DNA of 58,210 bases, counting the filler, from Sanchytrium tribonematis (lineage: Eukaryota): NCBI GenBank assembly GCA_018985235.1. It is 4 parts of 4 records of this genome, joined end to end, with 100 filler letters (N's around TTAATTAATTAA, not from the genome) between each part and the next. Parts side by side here need not be neighbours in the genome. Positions count along the whole stretch, not along the records: positions 29,293 to 43,729 come from JADGIG010000169.1; positions 43,830 to 58,210 come from JADGIG010000170.1; 2 more parts are not named here. One strand, given 5' to 3'. Positions 34,406 through 44,036 of the stretch are shown here, in pieces. The notes below the pieces were generated by a model that had not been told where the DNA came from, made no database searches, and saw only the letters and a program-made list of their open reading frames with translations. Position numbers and translations under genes: made by a program. Position 1 is the first letter of the stretch. Each line of letters opens with the position of its first letter.

Positions 34406-34819
34406 ATGATAAGTGTAAGACAATTGAAAAAATCCGAAATGCAAATTGGTTATGACATCAGAAAGATCGTATTTGTGCAAGAGCAACAAATTCCTGCAGA
34501 ACTCGAATTTGATGATCATGATGACAGTGCTTGGCACTTTATAGCTGAAAGAGACGGTATTCCATGTGGGTACTGTAGAGTTATTAATAAAAATGGCAAA
34601 GGTAAAATCGGAAGAGTAGCGGTACTCTCAAATTATAGGAAAATGGGAATCGCACAAAAAATGATTGATTTTGTGGAAAATTCACTTGAATTTAAGGAGT
34701 GGATTGTACATTCTCAGACTTACGTGATGCCTTTGTACTTAAAGTGTGGATATTCAGCAATTGGCGATGAGTTTATCGAGGATGGTATCAAACATTACAA
34801 AATGATTAAACAAATTTAG
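34406..34819 (+). CDS. GNAT acetyltransferase, ElaA/YjcF-like
   Basis: IRKIVFVQEQ..EFDDHD..AWH, KIGRVAVL..YRKMGIA, HSQ..LY..GY..GDEFIEDGIKHYKM. Confidence 0.88.
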   Translation: MISVRQLKKSEMQIGYDIRKIVFVQEQQIPAELEFDDHDDSAWHFIAERDGIPCGYCRVINKNGKGKIGRVAVLSNYRKMGIAQKMIDFVENSLEFKEWIVHSQTYVMPLYLKCGYSAIGDEFIEDGIKHYKMIKQI

Positions 34820-34820
34820 T

Positions 34821-35824
34821 TTACTTGTTTTTGACAAATTCTACACCTTTTTGAATATTTCCTTTCAATTCTTGAATTGCTTTTCCTAATAATCCTTTTT
34901 CAAAATCATTAATAGGGCCTAAATCATGAACCTTGTGCACACCATTTGGTCCAAGTTCTAGCATACTGCTAAAGTAATGGACGCCTTGGTCTTTATAAAG
35001 TGGAGACTCAACAAAAGCGGCCTCGGTAACTTTTTTCCCATTCATTGCGCTTAATAAATTTGAAGTGAATCTAGCACCAGCGAATGCCATTGATAAAGTA
35101 GCACTTCCAGCACCATCCTTTGCTTTAACAACTTCATCCCCTCCAAATTGAATTCGTTTAGTCAAATCGTCTCTTTCCTTTTCTGTAAATTTGCGACCAC
35201 ATTGACTTAGTAAAGGAAGGATTGTGACACTAAATTAGTATTTTCTACCCTGAATGTCCACCGACAACTGGAACTTGAATACTTTCTGGATCTTCTTGTT
35301 TGACTTCAGCTACAAACTGACTTGCGCGAACGACGTCTAAAGTAGTAACACCAAATAATCTTCTAGGGTCATAAGTTTTATGCTTCTTAAATATTTCAGC
35401 GCAAATTGGTACTGTCGAATTGACAGGATTGCTGATAACCAAAACCATGGCTTTTGGACAATGTTGTGCGCAGGCTGTTGCCAAATCTTTAACAATAGTT
35501 GCATTGGTGTTGAACAAATCATCTCTGGTCATTCCAGGTTTTCTAGGAACTCCAGCTGGAATAACTACGACATTACTTCCTTTTAAAGCAGCTTCCAACT
35601 GAGTATGGCCGCTAATTTTTGTTGATGTGTTGACGTGTGACAAATCTGCTGCCACGCCTACACTTCCTTTAATGTCATAAAGAGCGAGTTCACCCACAAG
35701 AGGCGATTGTTTTAAGAGTAAAGAAAGAGGCTAAATAAGCAATAAATACTTGTCCAATTCCACCAGCTGCACCAAGAATTGCAACTTTGTATGACTTTGA
35801 CAATGATCTACTAAATGAAAGCAT
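34821..35824 (-). CDS. MDH1: Mitochondrial-type malate dehydrogenase; exons 35824-35750, 35730-35249, 35229-34821
   Basis: Short presequence [83 protein letters not shown]. Confidence 0.96.
35230..35248 (-). other. 19-nt intron GTAGAAAATACTAATTTAG (phase 2) in MDH
   Basis: Restores GGHSGVTILP; contains TACTAAT, close to the canonical branch site. Confidence 0.95.
35731..35749 (-). other. 19-nt intron GTATTTATTGCTTATTTAG (phase 0) in MDH
   Basis: Restores the conserved [15 protein letters not shown]. Confidence 0.95.
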
Positions 35825-35847
35825 GTTTGAAAATTTCTCCAAAAAAT

Positions 35848-36087
35848 TTATTTGAATCTAACCATATTATTAATATTATTAATCTCTACCTTGCTTAAAG
35901 CATCTTGAAATGCAGATTCTCCGAAAGCTTCTTTGAAGATTCTTCCTGTCATTTTAATCTTCACGCCACCTTCATTTGTGAACAAAAACTGTGTTGTATC
36001 GCTGTTTCTTTGAACATATCGAAGCATGTTATTTGGCATCATGGATTTCTTTGTTTTTGGTAGAACGAATTGATATAGTTGAATCAT
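35848..36087 (-). CDS. Hypothetical 79-aa protein
   Basis: ATG ORF with a TATA-like ACTATAAAAAG about 30 nt upstream and CCAAT repeats beyond it. Confidence 0.5.
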   Translation of the reverse strand: MIQLYQFVLPKTKKSMMPNNMLRYVQRNSDTTQFLFTNEGGVKIKMTGRIFKEAFGESAFQDALSKVEINNINNMVRFK

Positions 36088-36111
36088 TTTTAATATTTGT
36101 TGAAATGTCTG

Positions 36112-36192
36112 CTTTTTATAGTTTCCAATCAGTCACCCAAGACCTAGTTTCCAATCACATACATTTTCTCTTCTGCAATTCAGACCTAGTTT
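36112..36192. promoter_or_regulatory. Candidate divergent promoter with TATA box and repeated CCAAT modules
   Basis: TAGTTTCCAATCA twice and AGACCTAGTTT twice; CTATAAAAAG on the minus strand. Confidence 0.4.
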
Positions 36193-36280
36193 GTTATCTG
36201 TTAAATGATGGTTATAATGAATTCATATTCAATATTTTCAGCGCAAGAAAGTAAACTAAGCCAAGGGGGCTTGTAACAGA

Positions 36281-37771
36281 ATGAAAACTGTTCCGGCAAT
36301 TTATCCCGAATGGCTAGATGCAATATTTGCTGTCAATTTTCATGTTGATCATGGCCAGGAAATAGAGGAGATATTCACTTTTGATGATAAACTAGAATTT
36401 GACACTGAAATGCTAAATCATGTGAAATACCATGCATTTCCAGATATAAACATGCAAGAAATGACAAACATGATATACTGCTTTACATATGAAGACTACT
36501 ATATTTATAATTTTTTTACCCAACAAAAGCAGGCTAATGTCAAAAGAGGCGCCTTGCAAAAGTCACTCTGTATTTGCACTAAATTAAAATATACTTGGTT
36601 TGGAATGTTTCGGGGTATATTATCGTGTATTGGGCCACTTTTTATTGAAATGGGACATCAAATTATATTAGATTGTTTAAAAACTTTAGGGCAGACGCCG
36701 CTGAATGAAAGAATTTTATTATTTGGAAGCATGATTATAAATCAGTGTAATGTGTTAACAATGTTTACACCACAGGATATGGTGACTCTATGGGAGCTTT
36801 TAATAACTGGAAACGGTCTTGTTGTATTTGGTAAGTTTCCCAGTGATTGTACAATTATGTCATTTGGATGCTTGCAATTGTTAGATCCATTAGAATTAGA
36901 TATTATACCCTATTACACCATCCATAGTAGAGACTTGAAAGAGCATCAACAGTACCAGAACAAGGTCATTGCTGTGGCAAATCCTTTCCTGGTGAAACAA
37001 TTGAATTGGCCAAATATGTTGAACCACGAAGGTCTTCAGTCCTCACACAAATGCGTCTTCAATATACCGCCAATTACTGTTGAAGATGAATTTACCTTGA
37101 AAACCTTTTTTTACGATTTGAATGAAAAGTTTGTACAACCCATAAAATCCTTCATAAACTTACTTTTACCTAATATGGCTATTCTCATGAAGCATGTTCA
37201 TCTCAAATCATTTCAGATTCCTGAATTTTTGAAAAATTTAGAATCAGCGTACATTCCTTTAAGTAAAGAGTTTCACATAAAAAGGCAAGATATGATTCAG
37301 ATATATGAAAAATTTGTGAAAACTGCAATGTTTACGCGATACCTTAGTAGTCAAGTTGAGAGCACCGAATGTTTATTGCGTTTTAGGTATTTGGAATTGT
37401 TAGCATCATTTAACCTTTTGGAATGGGCGAGTAAGAAGAACGAACTAGAGATTGTTGAACTGCTTATTAAAATAAGAGAGTTGGTAACTCAATTTGATCC
37501 GCTTAAATATACGGTGGAAGAAAGAAAAAGAACTAGTAGTGCCCCGCCTGTAATGTACAAGAGCTTCTCCGATAGGCCAGAGTCGCCTTTATTTTCTCTA
37601 CAGTCAAGCCCTGAAGGTGACATTACTGTGCAGTCTACTAAGGAGCCTTTGCAAAAGGAATTACGTCAATTATTAAAGCAATTAAAGCAGCAGACGGATA
37701 AGTTAATTAAATTAGTCCCAAGTGAGCTTCATGAATCTCTGCCTAAAATCCCGTTTGACAATTGGATCTAA
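36281..37771 (+). CDS. DENND6-like Rab GEF (uDENN/DENN)
   Basis: AVNFHVDHGQEIE, AFPD, KRGALQKSLCI, LWELLITG, PYYTIHS, VANPFLVK, FVQPI. Confidence 0.8.
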   Translation: MKTVPAIYPEWLDAIFAVNFHVDHGQEIEEIFTFDDKLEFDTEMLNHVKYHAFPDINMQEMTNMIYCFTYEDYYIYNFFTQQKQANVKRGALQKSLCICTKLKYTWFGMFRGILSCIGPLFIEMGHQIILDCLKTLGQTPLNERILLFGSMIINQCNVLTMFTPQDMVTLWELLITGNGLVVFGKFPSDCTIMSFGCLQLLDPLELDIIPYYTIHSRDLKEHQQYQNKVIAVANPFLVKQLNWPNMLNHEGLQSSHKCVFNIPPITVEDEFTLKTFFYDLNEKFVQPIKSFINLLLPNMAILMKHVHLKSFQIPEFLKNLESAYIPLSKEFHIKRQDMIQIYEKFVKTAMFTRYLSSQVESTECLLRFRYLELLASFNLLEWASKKNELEIVELLIKIRELVTQFDPLKYTVEERKRTSSAPPVMYKSFSDRPESPLFSLQSSPEGDITVQSTKEPLQKELRQLLKQLKQQTDKLIKLVPSELHESLPKIPFDNWI

Positions 37772-37899
37772 ATAAAATATGAAATAGATGCCTGTTGTAT
37801 ATTGGCGGTTGGATTTAAACATGCCACCATTTTTTTCAAATATGATTGGTCAAATATGATTGATTTGACTTTATAAGCAAAGTTTGAGTAGTTTCGAAA

Positions 37900-38919
37900 A
37901 TGAATCAGCTTACTTTGGCATTACTTACAACAATGTCATTCGCAAAGGTAATTGAAAAGCGAAGTGAAGGAGTTAGTGGCAAATCTGAGGACGGGAACAG
38001 TCTAAAGTTCAGTAAGGGAGAATTCAAGGATAAGGGCAAAGACGCGGTAGGGGGAAAGAAATTTGAAATTGAATTCGAGACTGATAGCAACAAAAAGCTA
38101 GAAATAAAGTCTAGGAATGGAAATATCGGAGGTCGATTCCTCATGAATTTGGAAGGTATTCCGTTTATCCGTGCAGGTATATGGAACAAGCATGGCGGTG
38201 GTTTTGACAAGGACTCCTTTAGAGTATCCCTTTTAAGGATTGCTGAAGTAGCTAGCAATGAAACTGCTGCTACTGCTACCAATTATATTAGATTAACAGG
38301 TAAGAAGAATAATTGGTCAAAAATACAGACTCAGAAAAGTGTTACTTCTGACGGAATATCGATTTATCAGTTCTCAACTTCCCTATTAGTCGGAAGCTGC
38401 AATATCACGTTGACGGCATTATACGCAGACCAAATTGCCTCTGCAGTTCAAAACAATCAATCCAGTACATTAACACCTTTAAGATTTAAATATGGTATAC
38501 AAGTTGATAAATTCCCATTTACTCATGGAGGCAGCTTGGTTTTAGTCAAGTCCGTTAAATCTACTAAAGTGGACAAAGATTCTGATTCTACTGTTTCCAC
38601 AAATTCAGGTACTTTTGAATGGTCTGGAAATGTTACTGTCGATGGTGTCACAAAGCTTGTGAAAGCTTCAAAATTAGATGTCCCTTTGAATTCAATCATC
38701 AGCTCAGGTGATCATTCGGAGGATGGAGATTCTGATGGGAAATCAGATGATTTGGAGAGTTTATACGGATTTGACCTTGGTTCCGGTAAGTCAATTAATT
38801 GGGATCCAAGTTTGAATCTAGAAAGCGCAGTCGCTAGTACAGACAATACTGGCTCATCTTCTGCCATGTTATCAAGCATTCAAATCATTGCATTAGCTGG
38901 TGCTATTCTTTTGACTTAA
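37900..38919 (+). CDS. Secreted, probably GPI-anchored beta-rich surface protein of unknown function
   Basis: Signal peptide, KR site, INWDPSL, C-terminal GSSSA followed by a hydrophobic tail. Confidence 0.65.
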   Translation: MNQLTLALLTTMSFAKVIEKRSEGVSGKSEDGNSLKFSKGEFKDKGKDAVGGKKFEIEFETDSNKKLEIKSRNGNIGGRFLMNLEGIPFIRAGIWNKHGGGFDKDSFRVSLLRIAEVASNETAATATNYIRLTGKKNNWSKIQTQKSVTSDGISIYQFSTSLLVGSCNITLTALYADQIASAVQNNQSSTLTPLRFKYGIQVDKFPFTHGGSLVLVKSVKSTKVDKDSDSTVSTNSGTFEWSGNVTVDGVTKLVKASKLDVPLNSIISSGDHSEDGDSDGKSDDLESLYGFDLGSGKSINWDPSLNLESAVASTDNTGSSSAMLSSIQIIALAGAILLT

Positions 38920-38972
38920 AATAAATACCATATTTAAAATTGCAGATTTTTAATAAAATTTTATTGATTTGT

Positions 38973-40394
38973 CTAGTGAATTAATAAGATCATAGTGACA
39001 AGTACTGCATTGATTGTAGAAGCGCTGCTATTTTTTTTGAAGTTTTGTTTAGTCTGTTGGGCTACTTCAGGAGTGTAATCACACTTGAGATTACAATAAT
39101 CACTTTCCTGCAAGCAAATGTCGGTAAAATTTCTATCTCCTATGACTTGAGCATTTAATCCACTTTTGACAGCACCATAAATTGATTTTGTAGAGTCTTC
39201 CTTCTCACCAATATCTTGTGATAAATCCCATAACATAATACCACCATATCCTTTAGAAATGACATACTGAGCTTTTTGTTTGGCTGATTCAACGGTATCA
39301 AAACTATAAAAATGTGTACCATTACAAGCTGAAGAAGTTCCACGCTTAGAATCGTAGTTATATCCGCTAAATCCGTTACTAGTGGTCATTGATATCATAG
39401 TCTTGTAATCCACTGCTATTAATTCAATGTCTTTTTTCGCATTCAAGGTTGCTCCCAAACATTTCATTCCACCGCTTCTTTCAGTTCCTGTTTTAAAATT
39501 TGTAAATCCTGTGGCATAAAGTGGGACACCCATAATCAATTTTTTGGGGTCAATACCAACGTAATCTGCAAATCCTAAATCGATATTTTTAGTTCTTTCA
39601 TCAGAACTGTCATCGGGCCTACTGTATAACGGCGCGCCTAATCTTGTGATTTGATCATTGTGTTGAAATTCATAACTCATGAGCATTACAAAACTACAGT
39701 AAGTGTTCAATTGTCCTAACACAGCTTTTCCAGATTTTAATTGTTGTAAATGAGGTGGCATCGCAACTGAAAGTATAGTGTCATCTGGCAAATTTTGAGA
39801 CTTCCAGTAAGCTCTTGTTTCTTTTAAAAATGAAGCTAAATTTTGAAAGTCATTTGCATCACTAGTGTAAGTTTTTTCAGAGTCACTACGCCAAAGTGCA
39901 GCTGGAAACTCCCAATCAATATCAATTCCATCAAATCCATATGTAGTCATCATATTTGTTGCGCCCTGAATCATCTTTTGCCTTGTATCAGAGCTTTTCA
40001 TGACTGCACTGAAATTATGACTCCATGCCCATCCACCGATACTGAGCACAGTTCTCAAGCTGGGATTATCTCTCTTGACTTCCCACAATTGGTTAAGGTA
40101 TCCTTTGAGACATGTTGATCCGCATGAACATTGACTTGCTGCAGGGTCGCTAGGTACATCAACGCTTGTTGCCCAACTTTCCCAATCCATATCCGACCCA
40201 GGTCCATTGAAAGTCACTGTTCCGTCCAAATAGACAGTGGCGAACGCATACAACAAATGCGTTAATTTGGTAAAGTCGATGTCGGATAGCTGCACGCCTC
40301 CTTCTCTTGGCTGATAGTAGCCCACAATTTTGGTTTGGTTTAAACTCTGACCAATTTTCGAAGTAGATAGTACCGCTGAAAGGAACCAAATCAT
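38973..40394 (-). CDS. GH18 chitinase, secreted or GPI-anchored
   Basis: KIVGYY, LTHLLYAFA, LSIGGW, catalytic FDGIDIDWEFP, GGIMLWDL; hydrophobic tail. Likely start MIWFLSAVLS at 40394. Confidence 0.93.
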   Translation of the reverse strand: MIWFLSAVLSTSKIGQSLNQTKIVGYYQPREGGVQLSDIDFTKLTHLLYAFATVYLDGTVTFNGPGSDMDWESWATSVDVPSDPAASQCSCGSTCLKGYLNQLWEVKRDNPSLRTVLSIGGWAWSHNFSAVMKSSDTRQKMIQGATNMMTTYGFDGIDIDWEFPAALWRSDSEKTYTSDANDFQNLASFLKETRAYWKSQNLPDDTILSVAMPPHLQQLKSGKAVLGQLNTYCSFVMLMSYEFQHNDQITRLGAPLYSRPDDSSDERTKNIDLGFADYVGIDPKKLIMGVPLYATGFTNFKTGTERSGGMKCLGATLNAKKDIELIAVDYKTMISMTTSNGFSGYNYDSKRGTSSACNGTHFYSFDTVESAKQKAQYVISKGYGGIMLWDLSQDIGEKEDSTKSIYGAVKSGLNAQVIGDRNFTDICLQESDYCNLKCDYTPEVAQQTKQNFKKNSSASTINAVLVTMILLIH

Positions 40395-40608
40395 TACGTT
40401 GTGGACGTAGCTCGGTTTTTGACAGATTATTTTCCCTAAGGCCCAATCACAAAGCCGCAATATATTGCTTCTGCTTGGCTTTGACTTGTGAGCAACCTTA
40501 GAGAACTTCCCCGTTAACCAACTTGTCGATATCAAAAAATTGCGAGCGGCATATGAAAATTGTAATAAAATTTTAAGTTTCAAAAAAAAAATTTGTAATG
40601 ATAAAGTT

Positions 40609-41220
40609 TTATTGCATCCGCAGTTGTTCATCATTATCTTGCTCTTGTTGAGCAGCATGCATTTCCATTAATAACTTTGATGGATCAACATCCATAATGC
40701 CTGGGATCAATGTGCCAATAAAGGTAGTAATAATACTGCTGTTAACATCAAAGGAGCCTGCAGCTCCACTAAGTAATGAAAATGGGACGTAATTGTAACC
40801 TAAGTATGCACTCATGCCGAGAATGTAGAAAAATGTAATTTCAGAAGGATTTCTTCTAAAAAATATTAAAAGTAGTAGCAACAATCGGAAACCGAATGAA
40901 GCAACTTTCCAAAGATTGTTAGTTGGATCTTCATTGTTTCTTTCAGTTTCGTCTTCCACATTTGGCTCATTTAATAGTGGTTCGGTCAACTGGGATTCTG
41001 ATGTTGTAGAGTAGGTTACTCGAGATTTAGAGGCACCGAATGGAAGCAGAATGACTGTATCACTCAACTCAATATTATCTGTGTCTCTCAACAAGATTCC
41101 CCTCTTAATAAATGAGCAGTCTGGGTATCCGAGCTTTGAAATTTCTATTTTTATTTGATTGACTGAACCATGAAGTGAGTCAAATTCAGATAGTTGCTTG
41201 GAAACGTAAAAACCTCTCAT
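40609..41220 (-). CDS. Ubiquitin-like-domain membrane protein, HERP-like (ERAD)
   Basis: FIKRGILLRD UBL-like segment; C-terminal hydrophobic hairpin and TTFIGTLIPG motif. Confidence 0.5.
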   Translation of the reverse strand: MRGFYVSKQLSEFDSLHGSVNQIKIEISKLGYPDCSFIKRGILLRDTDNIELSDTVILLPFGASKSRVTYSTTSESQLTEPLLNEPNVEDETERNNEDPTNNLWKVASFGFRLLLLLLIFFRRNPSEITFFYILGMSAYLGYNYVPFSLLSGAAGSFDVNSSIITTFIGTLIPGIMDVDPSKLLMEMHAAQQEQDNDEQLRMQ

Positions 41221-41337
41221 TATTGCAAAGTTCGAGCTTTGGGGAATGTCGAAATTAAAAGGATGATTGCATTCACTTGATTGGACAAAATGTACACGGA
41301 GAGATCACAAACTCACTTTTTAAAACATTTCAAATTG

Positions 41338-42222
41338 TCAAACCTGCTCATTTACTAAGTTATCTCTGGTTTCACCTGAAATTATCTGATAACTGCTTTT
41401 AGCTGACGTAACAGGGGAATCCTGTCCAAAAGATTTAAATATCACTTTTTGAATTGTCAAATATACAAGACAGTTTAAAAATCCTTGCAACGGCAATGTG
41501 AAAGCTTGAATAATTTGCAACCAAAACACCTCATTCCCTGTCGCTGTTTGAACAATTCTGGTTATTGCGGAGGGTCCAAATACAAGTAACATCATATAAA
41601 CATAAAATAATTGATTTTTGGCAGACTTTAAAGTCCGTCTGGATAATTTGAAACCTGATATTTTCTGGCTTTTGTTTATAAAAATCAATACTATGAGTGC
41701 AATTGTAATATTATAAAGTATCGCAATGAAGACCCAACCGTAAAAGGTTGCAAATCGTAAATCAACGTCCCTGGGACTTAGCCAGCACCATCCACCAACT
41801 GGAAGCATGCTTTTTCGTATTAAGCCAACTAAGGCTCCAGTTATAGGAATTCCCCAAGCAAAAATATGATATAAAGGTTCTAATTTGTTGGCTTTTCTGA
41901 CGCTATATCCAAATACCACTCGCAACAGTATATTTGTAGAATGTGCCATATTCCAGAGTGGTGCACCCACTGTCATCTGTATAAAGAAACCTTCAAGTGA
42001 GCACAAATACTGATTATCAAAAAACCATGGTCCAATGAAAAACATGATAGAACAAGCAAAATCTAATAAACTCATATAAACGATTATTTTCTTTGATAAA
42101 TTTCTTTTATCTGAAGAATCACTCACATAGAATCTATATAAAATAACAACACTCCCAATAATACTAAACGAGCTACTTATTTTCGTCATAATTCCTAATG
42201 TCTGATAATGATCAACCGACAT
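41338..42222 (-). CDS. 7TM GPCR, cAMP-receptor-like/Git3 class
   Basis: Seven hydrophobic segments, LCSLEGFFIQ, YHIFAWGIP, GGWCWL, LPLQGFLNCLVY. Confidence 0.88.
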   Translation of the reverse strand: MSVDHYQTLGIMTKISSSFSIIGSVVILYRFYVSDSSDKRNLSKKIIVYMSLLDFACSIMFFIGPWFFDNQYLCSLEGFFIQMTVGAPLWNMAHSTNILLRVVFGYSVRKANKLEPLYHIFAWGIPITGALVGLIRKSMLPVGGWCWLSPRDVDLRFATFYGWVFIAILYNITIALIVLIFINKSQKISGFKLSRRTLKSAKNQLFYVYMMLLVFGPSAITRIVQTATGNEVFWLQIIQAFTLPLQGFLNCLVYLTIQKVIFKSFGQDSPVTSAKSSYQIISGETRDNLVNEQV

Positions 42223-42289
42223 GCTTCACCCTTTTCATAAAAACCTAAAAGGGGTCATATGGACTAAAGTCAAAAATGGATTTATTGGT

Positions 42290-43262
42290 TTATCCATAAA
42301 GCTTGACATGGCATGTTTGACAATATGGCTTGCCTTCATTTGCTTTAAACGGAACATTGCTTGTCAGCAATTTCTTGCAAAAACTGCAAGTGAAATGATC
42401 TGCATGCCAGCTTTTCCCCAAGGCGTTGACCGTTCGACCCATTATGGGTTTATGACATTGTGCACAAACACTACCTTTCAGCTCATGATAATGTTGGAGA
42501 CAATATGGCTTATTGTCCACGGCATAAAATTGGCCATTTTTAAAAGGTTGATTGCATTGCTAAGTAAATGAAAATTACAAAACATGTGAAGCAACTGGCA
42601 TGGAACATCTGGTTCAAGGCGTTCAATCCTTCATCACTTATTGGTTTTGCGCATTTGGCACACGCCACAGCAAATAACTGAAGATAATGCGGTTTACAAT
42701 AGGGTTTTCCTTCATTTTCCATGAATTGTCCATCTTCAAACGTATTACCACAGTGAGAGCAGAAAAAATGCTCAGGGTGCCACTTTTTCTCAAGCGCAGT
42801 AATGTAGCTATCGGTGATGAGCTCATCACAATATCCACATTTGGAATTACAAATTTCCTCATAATGTTCTAAACAATATACGTGTCCTTGTAAATCGTAA
42901 ATCTCATCAACTAGTTTGGTATCACATGCAGCACATTTGAGACAATCTCTATGAAATGGAAGAGTATCAGCAATCAATAGAGCTAATTCTTGCTCATGGT
43001 CTAGTTTTGTAATTGGTAAGCCGCAACCTCGACACAATTCAACAATTGTTTGCTTCCCAGCAATTGTCTTTCTTTCAGACTTTAAATCTTGAAATGGTTC
43101 TTTGGATTTCAATTCTTTAATTTGCGCAGGGTCATTTGTCGTTAATACATCAGCTTGCTCACCTGCACGTTTAAGCTCATCTAATGCTTGGGTAAATCTA
43201 CCTTGATCTTTTTTCTCTACTTTGGAGGGTAGAGATTGTAACAAAGAGCTTAAATCATCCAT
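42290..43262 (-). CDS. Paxillin-like protein (N-terminal LD motif + 4 LIM domains); exons 43262-42579 and 42559-42290
   Basis: MDDLSSLLQSL; LIM domains incl. ITALEKKWHPEHFFC. Splicing restores HASCFTCF|QCNQPF. Confidence 0.9.
42560..42578 (-). other. 19-nt intron GTAATTTTCATTTACTTAG (phase 0) in the paxillin gene
   Basis: Restores the CxxC of LIM3 and joins ORF 42290-42520. Confidence 0.93.
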
Positions 43263-43415
43263 CTTTGAAAATTTACCCACCAATCGCGATTTTTTTTAAT
43301 TTGAAAATCTGAAATCAAAGTTAAAGAAAAGATTTAGAGCAGCATTTGATTTATTAATGGCTGAACGAAAGTAGTTTTGAAGCACAAGATTGCTCCAAAT
43401 CTTAAAGGAGTGAAA

Positions 43416-43729
43416 ATGTTTTTGGAGACCACATATTTTGCCACATATTTGGTGCTCATCTGTCTGGGTCTTTTCGCGTTATATCAAAGCAGGTTTTATA
43501 ATAATCAAACCACTGATGAATTTATAAATGCAAAAAAACATGGAACATTTCGAGTGATGTTTTCGTTGTATTCAGCCAGTGTTGGCGCATGGGTAAGTGT
43601 GGCACCTAGTCAATTTGCGTCCTATGCTGGTATTCTAGGCCTCTTCATGTACTCTCTTAGCAGCGCAATTCCAATAATTGTAGTTTCTTACCTAAGCGGC
43701 AGAATGAGTGATGTTTGCTCACTAAACCA
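43416..43729 (+). CDS. Sodium:solute symporter-family transporter (urea/polyamine type), 5' fragment truncated at the spacer
   Basis: TM helix, DEFINA, SLYSASVGAW..PSQFASYAGILGLFMYSLSSAIP. Confidence 0.65.
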
Positions 43730-43829
43730 NNNNNNNNNNNNNNNNNNNNNNNNNNNNNNNNNNNNNNNNNNNNTTAATTAATTAANNNNNNNNNNNNNNN
43801 NNNNNNNNNNNNNNNNNNNNNNNNNNNNN
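43730..43829. other. Artificial 100-bp contig spacer
   Basis: N44-TTAATTAATTAA-N44. Confidence 0.97.
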
Positions 43830-44036
43830 ATCATTATAATTACAGCAATTTAATGGTATTTTATTATATCTGGCTATATCAGTGACGTGTAAATTGAGTG
43901 ATCTAAAGAATTGCATCACTAAATCGCATTCTGTGGACATGACAAATAAAATTAAAAATAAACTCATTTTTTACAAACAAGCCACACGACGAGGACTTTG
44001 ACACAAAGCTATGCTGAAATTAGAATCATATTGCTT

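Noticed and set aside
40395..40658. 88-aa N-terminal extension of the chitinase in the ORF track (similar extensions for GID4, PMT, hexokinase, RRM)
   Set aside because: Overlaps the neighbouring gene or promoter; a downstream ATG gives a proper signal peptide or domain start.
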